Shown piece by piece: positions 52,809 through 64,000 of a DNA stretch of 64,000 nucleotides. Source of the stretch: Octopus sinensis (taxonomy: Eukaryota); the NCBI RefSeq assembly GCF_006345805.1, contig NC_043018.1:1426001-1490000 (forward strand), in the 5' to 3' direction. Position 1 is the stretch's first letter. Every line of letters begins with the position of its first letter. The position numbers were made by a program, and so were the translations under genes. The notes below the pieces were generated by a model. The model ran no database searches. It saw only the letters and a list, made by a program, of their open reading frames with translations, and was not told where the DNA came from.

Positions 52809-52952
52809 GCATATAAATTTTCGGACTATTAAGCAAATCTTTAAAGATAAAATACTTTATTCTAATATTTATATCTACATGTAAATATTAAAAAAAAAAA
52901 TATTGTTTCATCTTAAAAGATGAATTTAATAGTCCGAATAATTCATAATCGT
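52809..52952. mobile_element. Small pogo/Tc1-like MITE
   Basis: Imperfect ~45-bp TIRs: TACG..AATT.TTCGGACTATTAA..ATCTTT.AAGAT in both orientations. Confidence 0.5.
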
Positions 52953-53323
52953 AAAACGGGTTTTGTTTTCGTGTAGCTTGTCATGTTTATTTAAGGTTGA
53001 CTTATTAGTCTGGTGGTGATTTTAATTCAGATCCGTTATCATGTTTACACGTAGGCCTCAGTCGGTGATTAAAGTGAGTGATATCAATAGATAACTTGCG
53101 TTAGTTACACAGTAATAAGTTAATGCATTACTCAGGCACATCTCCTCTGTAATATATTTGTAAGACGCACCGATTTTTTTTTAGCCGATACTAAAACAGA
53201 TATCATCACAAATACACAAAGCACAAAAAGCACACAAAGACACGCACATACACATATGTGTGTGTGTGTACGTGTTTATATGCGTGTGTGTCCCCGTGTA
53301 AATATTATATATATATATATTTA

Positions 53324-53432
53324 TTTTATAGAAGGAGCTTCTACAGGACTAGAACTGTTTCATTCAGATGAAATCTTCAAGATTTCATCTGAATAAAACA
53401 GTTCTAGTCCTGTAGAAGCTCCTTCCATAAAA
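53324..53432. repeat. Palindrome, 54-bp arms (2 mismatches), 1-nt centre
   Basis: TTTTATAGAAGGAGCTTCTACAGGACTAGAACTGTTTCATTCAGATGAAATCTT-C-reverse complement. Confidence 0.97.
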
Positions 53433-53530
53433 TAAATTACTTTACTCTGCTATGTATTGAGTACCTTATTTACTGTGGTTAACCCCGACTCAAACCGGGA
53501 CCTACATAATATATATATATATATATTATA

Positions 53531-53582
<52 letters not shown>

Positions 53583-53677
53583 ATGTGTGTGTGTGTGTGA
53601 ATGTGTTTGTATGTATATGTATTTGTATACACACATATCTATGCTTATATAAGTGTGTGCATGTGTATTTGTATATA

Positions 53678-54420
53678 TTGGGTCATCCCATAAATAATGT
53701 GGTTATTTTACACTTTTAGGTTTCAAAATTAAGATGAACAAAGTTCTTTTTTAATCTAAAATATACTCTCCTTCATGTTCTACAATGATCTTCTATCTAT
53801 CTTTCAGGCTTACAAAGCCCCTCTTGCAAAATTCACTTGTCCGTGATGAAGAATACTTCTCGGTACTTTTCTTATCTATGCAAAATTCATATTTTTCCGT
53901 CCATATGATTTTGAAGATTACGGAATAAATGATAATCAGATGGAGGAATGTATGACAATATGGTGGGTGGGGCATCATTTCCCATTCAACCTACTCCAGC
54001 CTTTACAATGTGATCCTCACTGTATATGGCCAAACATTATCCTGATGGAAGACCTTTCGTCTTGAAATCAAAGATGGTCGTTTTTCTTCTCGCGCATGTG
54101 TCGATGAATTGTTAAATGACCAAATCCAAGCTACTCTGCTAGTTTCTCAATAGTTACAATAGGATTTTGTTCCACCAGGGTTCTACAGATCTTCCAGGAC
54201 GATGCCGTATTTTAGTTCTCGGAATTTCTGGAACCACCGTTGGCACTGTTTTATGTATATGGTCCGATTCCCATATACTGGATTAATATTCCCCTTACTT
54301 TCCGTTGCGTTGTTGCCTCTATTGTCCCCATAACGAAAAACATGCCGAATATGCTGCTTTGCCACTTCAATTCTAGCTTTAAAAAAATAATTGTTAAAAT
54401 CGAATTTCACTTTTCAAAAC
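53678..54420 (-). mobile_element. Internally deleted mariner remnant
   Basis: N-terminal HTH (IEVAKQHIRHVFRY..RGNNATES..IN.VYG.RTI.IKQCQRWFQKFR), then VFHQDNVWPYT and MMPHPPY. TA-flanked TIR-like end TTGGGTCATCCCATAAATAA at 53678. Confidence 0.88.
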
Positions 54421-54534
54421 TTGCAATAAGAATAAGCCAAGGTAAACTTACTACCTGCGTTTATAACAGGTTGATGCACATAGTTTATCCCATCTCCCTC
54501 TGACTTTCAAAAACGGCATTATCTACGGAATGAC

Positions 54535-54942
54535 TCAATATATATATATATATATATAAAAGTAAGATTGTGTGCTGTCTGTCTCCTACGATTTAGATTC
54601 CTAACTACTCCCACATTTTGCGGTGCATTTTAACCAAAACCGGGTATCTTATAGTCGTGATTCATATCGAGCCCTTCTTGGTATTAGCGCGCGTCTACGA
54701 TGAGTTTTCGATTTAAAAAAAAATACCATCATTTTCCCCATTTTTTAATGCATTTTTGGCATATATAAGGGAAGTAACTCTCTAAAAGTTTATTATTAAA
54801 TCTCAGAACGTAAAAAGCTACAGTAACACCCCCCCCCCCTTTGTGGTTAACCATATTGAGATGGCTATTAGACTTTACATCTCTAAAATGCTTATATAGC
54901 TATTTTCCTTACAAACCCGAGCAACGCCGGGCGATACTGCTA

Positions 54943-54943
<1 letters not shown>
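54535..54943 (+). mobile_element. Non-autonomous Helitron
   Basis: 5' (TA)nAAAAG..GTGCTGTCTGTC; 3' hairpin CCCG-AGCAACGC-CGGG (54916-54931) 8 nt before the terminal CTAG|T. Confidence 0.75.
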
Positions 54944-54979
<36 letters not shown>

Positions 54980-55359
54980 TTTTCGTTATTTTGTTATGGC
55001 CGATCAGTGGATGATCATTGGTTTTGTGCAAGTAAAGCGTTAAGTTATACAGGTGACTCGTCAGACTGAAATGCTCGGAGTTGCAAAACGGTGTGACACG
55101 GGGCTTACGGGAATTTCAGGTTCACTGGTCAACTATAGAGTTAAGACCAATTTACATCCCAATATCATCAATGTAAGCTTTCATATTACACAGTAGTGCG
55201 TCCTTCAAACTTAGTTTCGACTTTGCCATGGAGAATTAAGTCATCCATATAAAAAAATTAGATAACTTATTTTCCTGTCGCTAATTTAATATCCATACCT
55301 TGTTCTTTTAAGTTCACCTTGGTGAACCGTAAAAATTAATACAGAGAGTTGCTTATTTG

Positions 55360-55702
55360 CAAAACAAAATAAATAAATATAACATGTGACTTCATTGACC
55401 GAGGTTACCGTGGTCTTTTCCGTAGGCTTTTCTTTCCACGGATAAACCTCACCTGTCCTCCCCTTTACACTTCATATTGACATTTCTGTGATAACGATCC
55501 CTATTGATCAATTTTTTCCTTTCCCTTTTTTTCCACCCCACTTCTTTTTTTAAATGTTATTCCCGCTTTTTTTGTCCTCTTTCTTTCCCTTTACGCTCCC
55601 TTTTGATCGAAAACCAAACCCCCTTTTTTTACCCCCAAAAGAAAAGCTCTACCTTGTAATTTGTCCTGTCTGTGTCCAGCCCTGTGTGGCTAATAAAGAA
55701 AC
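55360..55702 (+). mobile_element. Tx1-like LINE 3'UTR, older copy
   Basis: ATTGACCGAGGTTACCG.GGTCTTTT.CGTAGGCTTTTCTT.CCACGGATAAACCT...CAGCCCTGTGTGGCTAATAAAGAAAC, followed by degenerate (TATC)n. Confidence 0.9.
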
Positions 55703-55991
55703 ATATCTAACTACCTATCTATCTATCACTCTCTCTAGGTATCTATCTATCTCAATTTCTCTTTCTCACACAGTCGGCCTCTTTCTTCCGTGAGTACGCA
55801 CATTATAATGCAAACACTGTGCATCTAAGTGTCTACACGTAAATATTCGGTGTGTGAGGTGATTCAGAGCCACATTTGTTGCGCTGCAAAACGATGTGAA
55901 CATCAACTCCATTAATCACACCTGTCATTTATCATACCTTTAACAGTGCTTACATTATAGGATACAGAGAGCAAATATAGTGTGTGCGTGT

Positions 55992-56028
<37 letters not shown>

Positions 56029-56315
56029 CTGTGTGTTTGTGTTTGCTAATTAAAGCGAAGAAGTTTGAAGTCATTTTAACTACAATATTTCCAACGATCT
56101 AGAAACAAATCTACATATAGCCCTATAAAACAGACACATCGTAATGAAAATATATGGGAACGTGTTAACTATATAGAATAACATGTGTGTCTGTGTGTCT
56201 GCGTGTGTGTGTGCTTGCACGACACCTCTATATACATGTATATATATAATATATATATTATATATATATTATTATATATATATATATATATATATACTGA
56301 TAGATAGGTATAATA

Positions 56316-56358
<43 letters not shown>

Positions 56359-56412
56359 TATAAATATACATATATATATATTATATATATATATTATATA
56401 TATATATATATA

Positions 56413-56466
<54 letters not shown>

Positions 56467-57294
56467 ATTATAAATTATTATGTCATGTTGAATTGATAAA
56501 AGATTGGTTCTTCTGTAATTTATATATATACATGCATATATTATTATATATATATATACATCTAATTATTATATATATATATATAGAGAGAGAGAGAGGA
56601 GAGAGAAAGAGAGGAAGCAATATTTTACAATGATTTGAAATTTGCCCCTCCCATTTACACGTAATATCAACATGACGTGTAATAAGTATTTGTGATTAAA
56701 ATACACAGAAGATCTAGGGAGCCGTCAAACACATATATGTATACGTGTGTCCATGTGCGTGAGAGAGAGACAGAGAGACAGAGAGAGTGTATTAAGTATG
56801 TCTGTACGTATGTATGCTTGCATGTGTGTATGTATGTATGTTTGTACGTATTAACTTTATTCAGTGAGCATCCATGCTTATTCCCAAATAATGAAAAGTA
56901 AGTCATGCAACTAAAAGAGCAGTGAAATCAGTTAGAATGTACGTACGATGCGTTCCATGAATATGACGTTTGATAAAGCTAATGAAGTTCAAATAAAGTT
57001 TGACATGCGCGTTAAGTGAAATGAGAAGCTTTATCTCGGCAAGTAATTTGAAATTGACTTGGCTCTCACGTGACTGTATTTGACGAATTGAATATGGCAA
57101 ACGTTTTCAAAAAAAAAATTCTCCTTCGCCATGTAAAATAAAATGAAAATGTTTCCTATCACTATATGATGTGACCTGTTGATAGCGTTCATATTTGCAT
57201 AAATGCATACACGATATTGCTACATATTCACCTACATCTGTATACATGCACGTATATGCATGTATATATGTATAATATGTATATATATATATAT

Positions 57295-57351
<57 letters not shown>

Positions 57352-57849
57352 GTGTATGTATATACATACATATATGTATATACATACATACATATAGGTA
57401 TATACATATATATATATATATATATTATAGATATATATATATGTGTATGTATATACATACATACATTTAATATATATACATACATATATATATATATACA
57501 TACATAAACTTATTACAAGCATATCTGTGTATGCATACACAAATACTGTGCATGTTCGTTGGAATAAATATATGTGTGTGTGTGTGTGTGTGACGTAGTG
57601 TGCCCAGATTATGCATACATATATATGTATAGATGTCAGTATGTACATATATGTATGTATATATCCACATATTTATTATATATATTATTATATGATTGAA
57701 CACCACGCATCCTCTTCCAAGTAAGTTTTATCTATCTATCAAAATATATACATATGAATGTACGTATAGGTGTATACATGTGTATATATAAATAGATACA
57801 CACACACGCGCGTACACACAGACACGTACACGCACACACACACACATAT

Positions 57850-58010
57850 AGGAGGAGAATTGACAAAAAAAAACAAAAGACAAAGACAGGTGGTGTAAAC
57901 AAGAAACAGATGTATTAGATAAAAGCTCGACAAGTGAAAAAAGTCTTAAATGTTTCGAGCGTACGCTCTTCCACAGAATGGAAGACAGAAAGAAACAGGG
58001 AGAGAAAATA
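57850..58010 (-). mobile_element. Degenerate PLE-type tail with hammerhead-like remnant
   Basis: Minus strand CTGTGGA-A-GAGC(GTAC)GCTC-GAAA-CATTT. Same GAGC/GCTC stem II as 45779; core is mutated. Confidence 0.45.
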
Positions 58011-58075
58011 ATGAATGTGAAGTGGCTAGCGATGTATACCTACATATATATATTAATATATAGATATATATACAT

Positions 58076-58125
<50 letters not shown>

Positions 58126-58207
58126 TATATATATATATATATTAGAAAATATTAAAATACTAAGTCTCATAAAAGAGATTATGGCAGCGTTTACTGGAAA
58201 TTAATTA

Positions 58208-58269
58208 TTATCGCCATATTAATATGGCATTCTTATAGATATAAGAATGCCATATTAATATGGCGATAA
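58208..58269. repeat. Perfect palindrome (30-bp arms, 2-nt centre) with nested 16-bp palindromes
   Basis: TTATCGCCATATTAATATGGCATTCTTATA-GA-TATAAGAATGCCATATTAATATGGCGATAA. Confidence 0.97.
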
Positions 58270-58282
58270 CAATATATTATAT

Positions 58283-58327
<45 letters not shown>

Positions 58328-58334
58328 TTCCGTT

Positions 58335-58544
58335 CACTTTTGTTTCATCTATTTAACTGTAGCCATGCTGGAGTACCACCTTTATCGAGCACATCGACCC
58401 CAGGATATTTTTTTGTAAGTGTAGTACTTATTGTATCGGTTCTTTTGCCGAACCGCTGCTTCCGGGGTTGTATACGCACCATCATCGTTTGTCAAGCGAT
58501 CTTGGGAGACAAACACGGACATATACATATATGCACACACATAC

Positions 58545-58587
<43 letters not shown>

Positions 58588-58732
58588 GACGAGCTTCTTT
58601 CAGTTTACGTCGACTAAATCCACTGTCAACGCTTTGGTCGACCTGAGGCTATAGTAGGAGACATTTCTACAAGCTGCCTTGCTGTGGAACTGAACCCGGA
58701 ACCATGTGGCTGGTAAGGAAGCTATTTACTCA
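58335..58732 (-). mobile_element. SINE family A, diverged
   Basis: GCCATGCTGGAG.ACCACCTTTA, TTTTGCCGAACCGCT and CTGAACCCGGAACCATGTGG segments. Confidence 0.85.
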
Positions 58733-59332
58733 CGTACGAGAACATCTTAGACCCAAGAGAAAAAAAAATATTTAACTGATATATGAAACTTATATATCTG
58801 TTCCGTATGATACTCCAGTGTACCAAAATCTCGATGGAGATCTGTGTTTCATTGTTCTTCGAATGGATCTACTAATTATTTCAGTAAGTTCTAATCGTTG
58901 CTTCTTGTCGTAGCTTAGACTTTAGACTTCAGCACCCAATATATTCTGTTACTATTTCTAGAACAAAATTTTTTTTCGAAACGGATCGAGTAATTCTGAA
59001 GGGATTTAGCGATTTCTTGCATATCAAGTATTAATACAGAAGCTTTAAGGCATAGATTGAAAAAGAAAGAGAGGGAAAGAGAGAGTGGGAGGGAGGTAGG
59101 GATTCAGAAAGTGTGGCTGGTAATAAGCTGTCAACAACAGGAATTGTTATTGCATATAGTCTCATTTGCATATCCCTATGTTCGTTGGTGGAATTAATTA
59201 AGGAATTATTGGAACAGTGTGTTTACATTTAAATAGGGAATGCAAATGAAGAAGAATTGTGGCAGTTTCATTGTATGTTCCATAAGTCATATAGTGGAAG
59301 CTTTAACTCCCAATCTGCCTTTAACTCCCAAT

Positions 59333-59622
59333 CGAAAGTTGACCTCGACAGAATTTGAACTTCGAACGTAAAGACAGGCGAAATACCTATTTCTTTACTA
59401 CCCACAAGGGGCTAAACACAGAGGGGACAAACAAGGACAGACAAATGGATTAAGTCGATTTTATCGATCCTAGTGCGTAACTGGTACTTAATTTATCGAC
59501 CCCGAAAGGATGAAAGGCAAAGACGACCTCGGCGGAATTTGAACTCAGAACGTAACGGCAGACGAAATACCGCTAAGCATTCTGTTGCCCGGCTTGCTAA
59601 CGATTCTGCCAGCTCGCCGCCC
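59333..59622 (-). mobile_element. SINE family B: full copy 59386-59622 abutting an older fragment 59333-59385
   Basis: Two GACCTCG.C.GAATTTGAACT..GAACGTA motifs in tandem. Confidence 0.88.
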
Positions 59623-61109
59623 TCTCTAGACGCATTTTATTGTCATACCTTTGACACTGACCATGAAATTGTTAGTAGCTCATATATTTATACGGTGTAC
59701 ATTAAACTATATGCGGTGGTGGGAGTGAAAAAATGGTACAGAATGTCACAAATATTTGATAGAAAATTAAAAAACGTCCTTCAAATCGATCCCTTCTTAT
59801 TTATGCATACACACACACACACGCGCACATTCTCCTTCTGTATTTCTGTCTGTCTGTCTGACTTTCTCTCTCTCACACACTCTCTTTTTCTCTACCTTCT
59901 CCCTCTATCTCACCCACACACAGTCACACACAATGTACGTAGTATTACTATAAGCCTTGTACGATGCTTATCTTTCAATTTATATTTTATCTTCTTTTGA
60001 AACACTTGTACAATTTTTAGTGCGGTATTTTCTGTTTACTATCCTGACGTTTTACTTATATGTACACACGCGCGCGCATACATATATACATTCATTAAAT
60101 TATGTGTGTGTATGTATGTCTTATATGTATGTATATATATATATATGTCTTGCAGCATCTCATTTTCCAAGGTTTCTCTTACTATTATCGCTGTCTTCGA
60201 CATTGTCATTCTGATTATCGTTATTCCAACATCTTAATGTTTCAAGAATTATTTGATTTCTTCTAGAGATACATTATTCTCTGCTGGGCTCAATATTTCA
60301 ATTAGGAAGCACTTTTCTTTCCTTTTGTCCTTGTGAACAGTATCCAGCTTTTTACCCTTAATCTGCTTAACCATATACCTTAGCAAATCACCAAAGATGG
60401 GCAATCTTTCATTTTCTGAGACAATTTCAACTGTATGTTTATCGCATTTCGTTTATGCTGTTACTTCGTAATGCTTATATAATTTACAAGTCTACCTTGC
60501 CTGTATATCTGTTTGCTCATGATTTTAAATTATAGTAACCACATACGCAGAATGTGATAGGTACATACAATGTGGTTCAGAATATCTGAACTTGCCCATA
60601 TATGTTTTGCTTCTTGTCAATTCAGTTTCTGCTTAGACGACTTTGATCTAGTACTGCAATCCTAATTCCTTCGACCTAAGAAATTGCTTACGACAACACC
60701 TTTAAAGGTTTTTAATACGCAAACCAATGCATTATTATTAAGTCAACAAAAGAAATGATAGATATCTTATTCCAGCAACTGCTTGTCAGTGCAAAGAATA
60801 TAATCAGAATCTTCCATGACAGGGAAAAAAATGTTGAGCGTAAAGGGTTTCCAAAAGAACTTTACATTGAATGACATCGCATGGGCAATTACCAATAAAT
60901 AGGAACAAAGAACTAACGCCACCCTTCTGCATGTCGTGTACGACCTTTCACTTGGGACTATGCTCAGTTATGCTCATTGGCAAAATGATGAGTTCAACAT
61001 ATCAAGTGAGTAATGATTTATATTATGCTGCAATAGATACACAAAAACTGTATGTTATTAGACTCCTTTCATCTACTATCTCTTCAGGGATGGCTTTGTT
61101 GTGGAATTT

Positions 61110-61620
61110 TCTCACACTCTTTTACTCCTTTACTCTTTTACTCTTTTACTCTTTTACTTGTTTCAGTCATTTGACTGCGGCCATGCTGGAGCACCGCCTT
61201 TAATCGAGCAACTCGACCCCGGGACTTATTCTTTTGTAAGCCCAGTACTTATTCTATCACTCTCTTTTGCCGAACCACCGCTAAGTGACGGGGACATAAA
61301 CACACCAGCATCGGTTGTCAAGAAATGCTAGGGGGCAAACACAGACACACAAACATACACGCACACAATACACACACATATATATATATACATATATATA
61401 TTACACATATAATATCATACAATATATATATATATATAATATATATATATATATATAAGTATATATATATATATATACGACGGGCTTCTTTCATTTTCCG
61501 TCTACCAAATCCACTCACAATGCTTTGGTTAACTTGCCCAAGGGACCACGCAGTGGGACTGAACCCGGAACCATGTGGTTGGTAAGCAACCTACTTACCA
61601 CACAGCCACTCCTGCGCCTA
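61110..61620 (-). mobile_element. SINE family A (full length)
   Basis: (TACTCTTT)n tail, body, and head ACCACACAGCCACTCCTGCGCCT. Confidence 0.9.
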
Positions 61621-61899
61621 TACACTTCACCCTGCTCGGTGTTATCTAATAGTTGCACACCACTTTATGCCGTCACGCCAGACTCGAAACTAAGCGTCTT
61701 CTTCCAAATGATATTTTGGTTGGTGCTGATTGTCTTCGAACGGCCAGATATTAGAACTCTCTTCCATTCCATTGTTTTCCTCTTTCTCGTGGCCAGAAAT
61801 CCCACAAGTCTAAAGTAATTTTATTCCTTTCCTTTTAATTTTTTTTTCGTCACAGTCCTTCATCCTACGTGCTTTCTGGACTTCCTTATTACAAAACAA

Positions 61900-62325
61900 G
61901 GATCTTTTCAGTGTGAACGGCACAGTTCAGTTCGTTTCTAGCGGTGTAATATGAAATGTTCACCCAGAATTATGACCCTAGTTATCGATCGATTGCATTT
62001 GAATGTTGTAGGTTAGGGTTAGGGGGTGTTGGGAGGGTATCTTTTTTCTTCCCAAATATAAATAAACCCAATCTGTTTCTTAAACGAGAGACATATTCAT
62101 ACGGCACAGAACGTTTTTTTTTTTACCTCAATGGACGTATTTGATTGGTTGAAATTGCAGAAATTGAAGAAAAAAACAACAAATATCTTACAAACTATAG
62201 AATTTTCTCAATAAGGCCAAGAGCAAAAGATGTTTTATAAACACATTCTACCAGTATACGAAGTTTAAAATTTTTTAGTTACCTAGAAATTATGTTAAAA
62301 ACTGCCGTTCAAACCGAATAGATCC
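61900..62325. mobile_element. Non-autonomous DNA transposon with 8-bp TSD (Merlin-like)
   Basis: TIRs GGATCTTTTCAGTGTGAACGGCA and (reverse complement) GGATCTATTCGGTTTGAACGGCA. Exact TSD CAAAACAA at 61892-61899 and 62326-62333. Confidence 0.85.
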
Positions 62326-63049
62326 CAAAACAAATTCTGGGCATTTCTAAGCTTTACTTGTCATCGTCTTATCGCAACATTTTGTCTTATTTCTACTAAC
62401 ATTTTCTCATTTTTTTCATAAATATTTTCTTAACGAAATACATCATTTGATTCCACATACGTCTTGCTACAGCACCACACCAATTCAGCCACTCTTTTCA
62501 AATGTGCTATCTTCATCGAAAACAGAAAACAGTTTTCTTATGTTTCTTATGTTTCCTTTGTGCTTCTGGAAACAATTCGCATTAATCTTCCATTATTCTT
62601 TCCAAGATATTTTCGGAGTCCTACAGCGAAAATTATATAATAGTTCTCTTGATGCATAAATCCACATAACTTTCTGTAGTTTCATGGTATCTATAATATT
62701 TATGTGTCACATTCTGGTGTATTCAGAATGCAGTAATTATAATTCCTATTTTCCCTGTCTAGTCGTTCTAATTCACTTAGCGTCCAATTGAGAATATTAT
62801 ACATATAAATTATTACAGGGACAGCTAGAGTATCGATACCTATTACCGTATGTATTTATTTATTTTATTATTATTTTGCTTTTTTGCATTTAGCACTGCT
62901 TAAGTATTAATATCATGCGTCAATAATGTTTCTTCCTAATTTTTTTCTCTTTTTTAGGTGTGTTTGTTCTAATATGTCTAGTTCATTGGTGCTTGCGTTT
63001 TGGAGCAATTCTCTAAGCTCTGTTTCTTTATTTAATAAGCAATTATGTA

Positions 63050-63055
63050 CTACAT

Positions 63056-63100
<45 letters not shown>

Positions 63101-63138
63101 AAAACTACTACTACTACTACTAAAACTACTACTACTAC

Positions 63139-63170
<32 letters not shown>

Positions 63171-63328
63171 ACGAGACTGGTCATGCTGATGATAGTGGTG
63201 ATGATATGAATAACGATAATAATAATATAATAATAATAATAATAATGGTAATAATAATAATGGTAATATAATGATAATAATGGTAATATAATAATAATAA
63301 TAATAATAATAAAATAATAATAAGAATG

Positions 63329-63368
<40 letters not shown>

Positions 63369-63394
63369 TAATAATAATGATGATGATGATGATG

Positions 63395-63450
<56 letters not shown>
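63050..63450. repeat. (ACT)n/(AGT)n inverted junction plus (AAT)n array
   Basis: Direct inspection; CTAG centre at 63138-63141. Confidence 0.95.
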
Positions 63451-63451
<1 letters not shown>

Positions 63452-63980
63452 GCAATTAGAAAGTAAGATGGAACATGAACATAGTAAAGTACTAGAAAGT
63501 AAGAAATACAAGATGTTGTGGGACTTAAATACTCAGACAGACAGCTTAATAAAATCTACAAGGCCTGATTTAGTAGTAATAGAGAGAGAATAGAAAGTTC
63601 CAGATAATTGACATTTTACAGTTCCAAAATGATGAAAAAAACTAATGAGAGCTATAGAAAACATTGGGCCTAGCCTTTGAATTATAGAGACTATAGAAGG
63701 CATGGGTCAAATGTATCCCAGTAGTTATAGGCGCTCTGGGAACTATCCTTAAATATCTGAACAGATGGATAGAAGAAATTGGCATAAAACCCAGTTTAGT
63801 GCAACTTCACAAAAACAGTTTTATTAGGAACGGCTAGGATACTTGGGAGGGTTCTTAGCATGTAAGGTTTCTTTCTGTAACCCAATAGGAAGATTGTTGG
63901 TATCCAAGGCTATTTGTTGCAGCCTGATGTTAAAATTCTTTTACTTTTCCAACTGTCGAATCGGTTAAGTGAATATGAAA
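63451..63980 (+). mobile_element. 5'-truncated Dong/R4-clade LINE (restriction-like endonuclease end plus 3'UTR) in (TAA)n
   Basis: SKVLESKKYKMLWDLNTQTDSLIKSTRPDLVVIERE...KCIPVVIGALGTILKYLNRWIEEIGIKPSLVQL/..VLLGTARILGRVLSM* (stop 63863-63865). Flanked by (AAT)n on the 5' side and AATAGTAATAACAAC on the 3' side. Confidence 0.92.
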
Positions 63981-64000
63981 ATAGTAATAACAACAACAAT

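Noticed and set aside
60780-60960. GPCR TM4-like frame (RSYTTCRRVALVLCSYLLVIAHAMSF) on the minus strand
   Set aside because: Bounded by stops, with no DRY motif or other helices nearby; likely chance hydrophobicity.

Overview
AT-rich eukaryotic DNA dense in microsatellites. The repeat content (tRNA-derived SINE families, (TA)n/(AAT)n/(GATA)n tracts) points to an octopus or other coleoid genome; this is inferred from repeat style, not from a search. No complete protein-coding gene can be supported. The window is mostly mobile-element debris: four tRNA-derived SINE families, mariner/maT fragments, a Merlin-like MITE, a non-autonomous Helitron, Penelope-like (PLE) and Dong/R4 LINE fragments, an RTE-like C2H2 tail and an L1/Tx1-clade LINE. 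Three signals stand out. (1) An L1/Tx1-type LINE whose three copies all end in (TATC)n in the same orientation; two are embedded in it on both sides, suggesting a (GATA)n-targeting retrotransposon. (2) ~200-bp (TA)n-embedded mini-elements carrying a minimal type I hammerhead ribozyme. (3) A ~550-bp non-coding family found in (AAT)n. Together these suggest retroelements partition microsatellite types among themselves. Several decayed exon-like frames, mostly on the minus strand, and four fold-back palindromes next to (TA)n are also present. Coordinates were read by eye and element boundaries are approximate.
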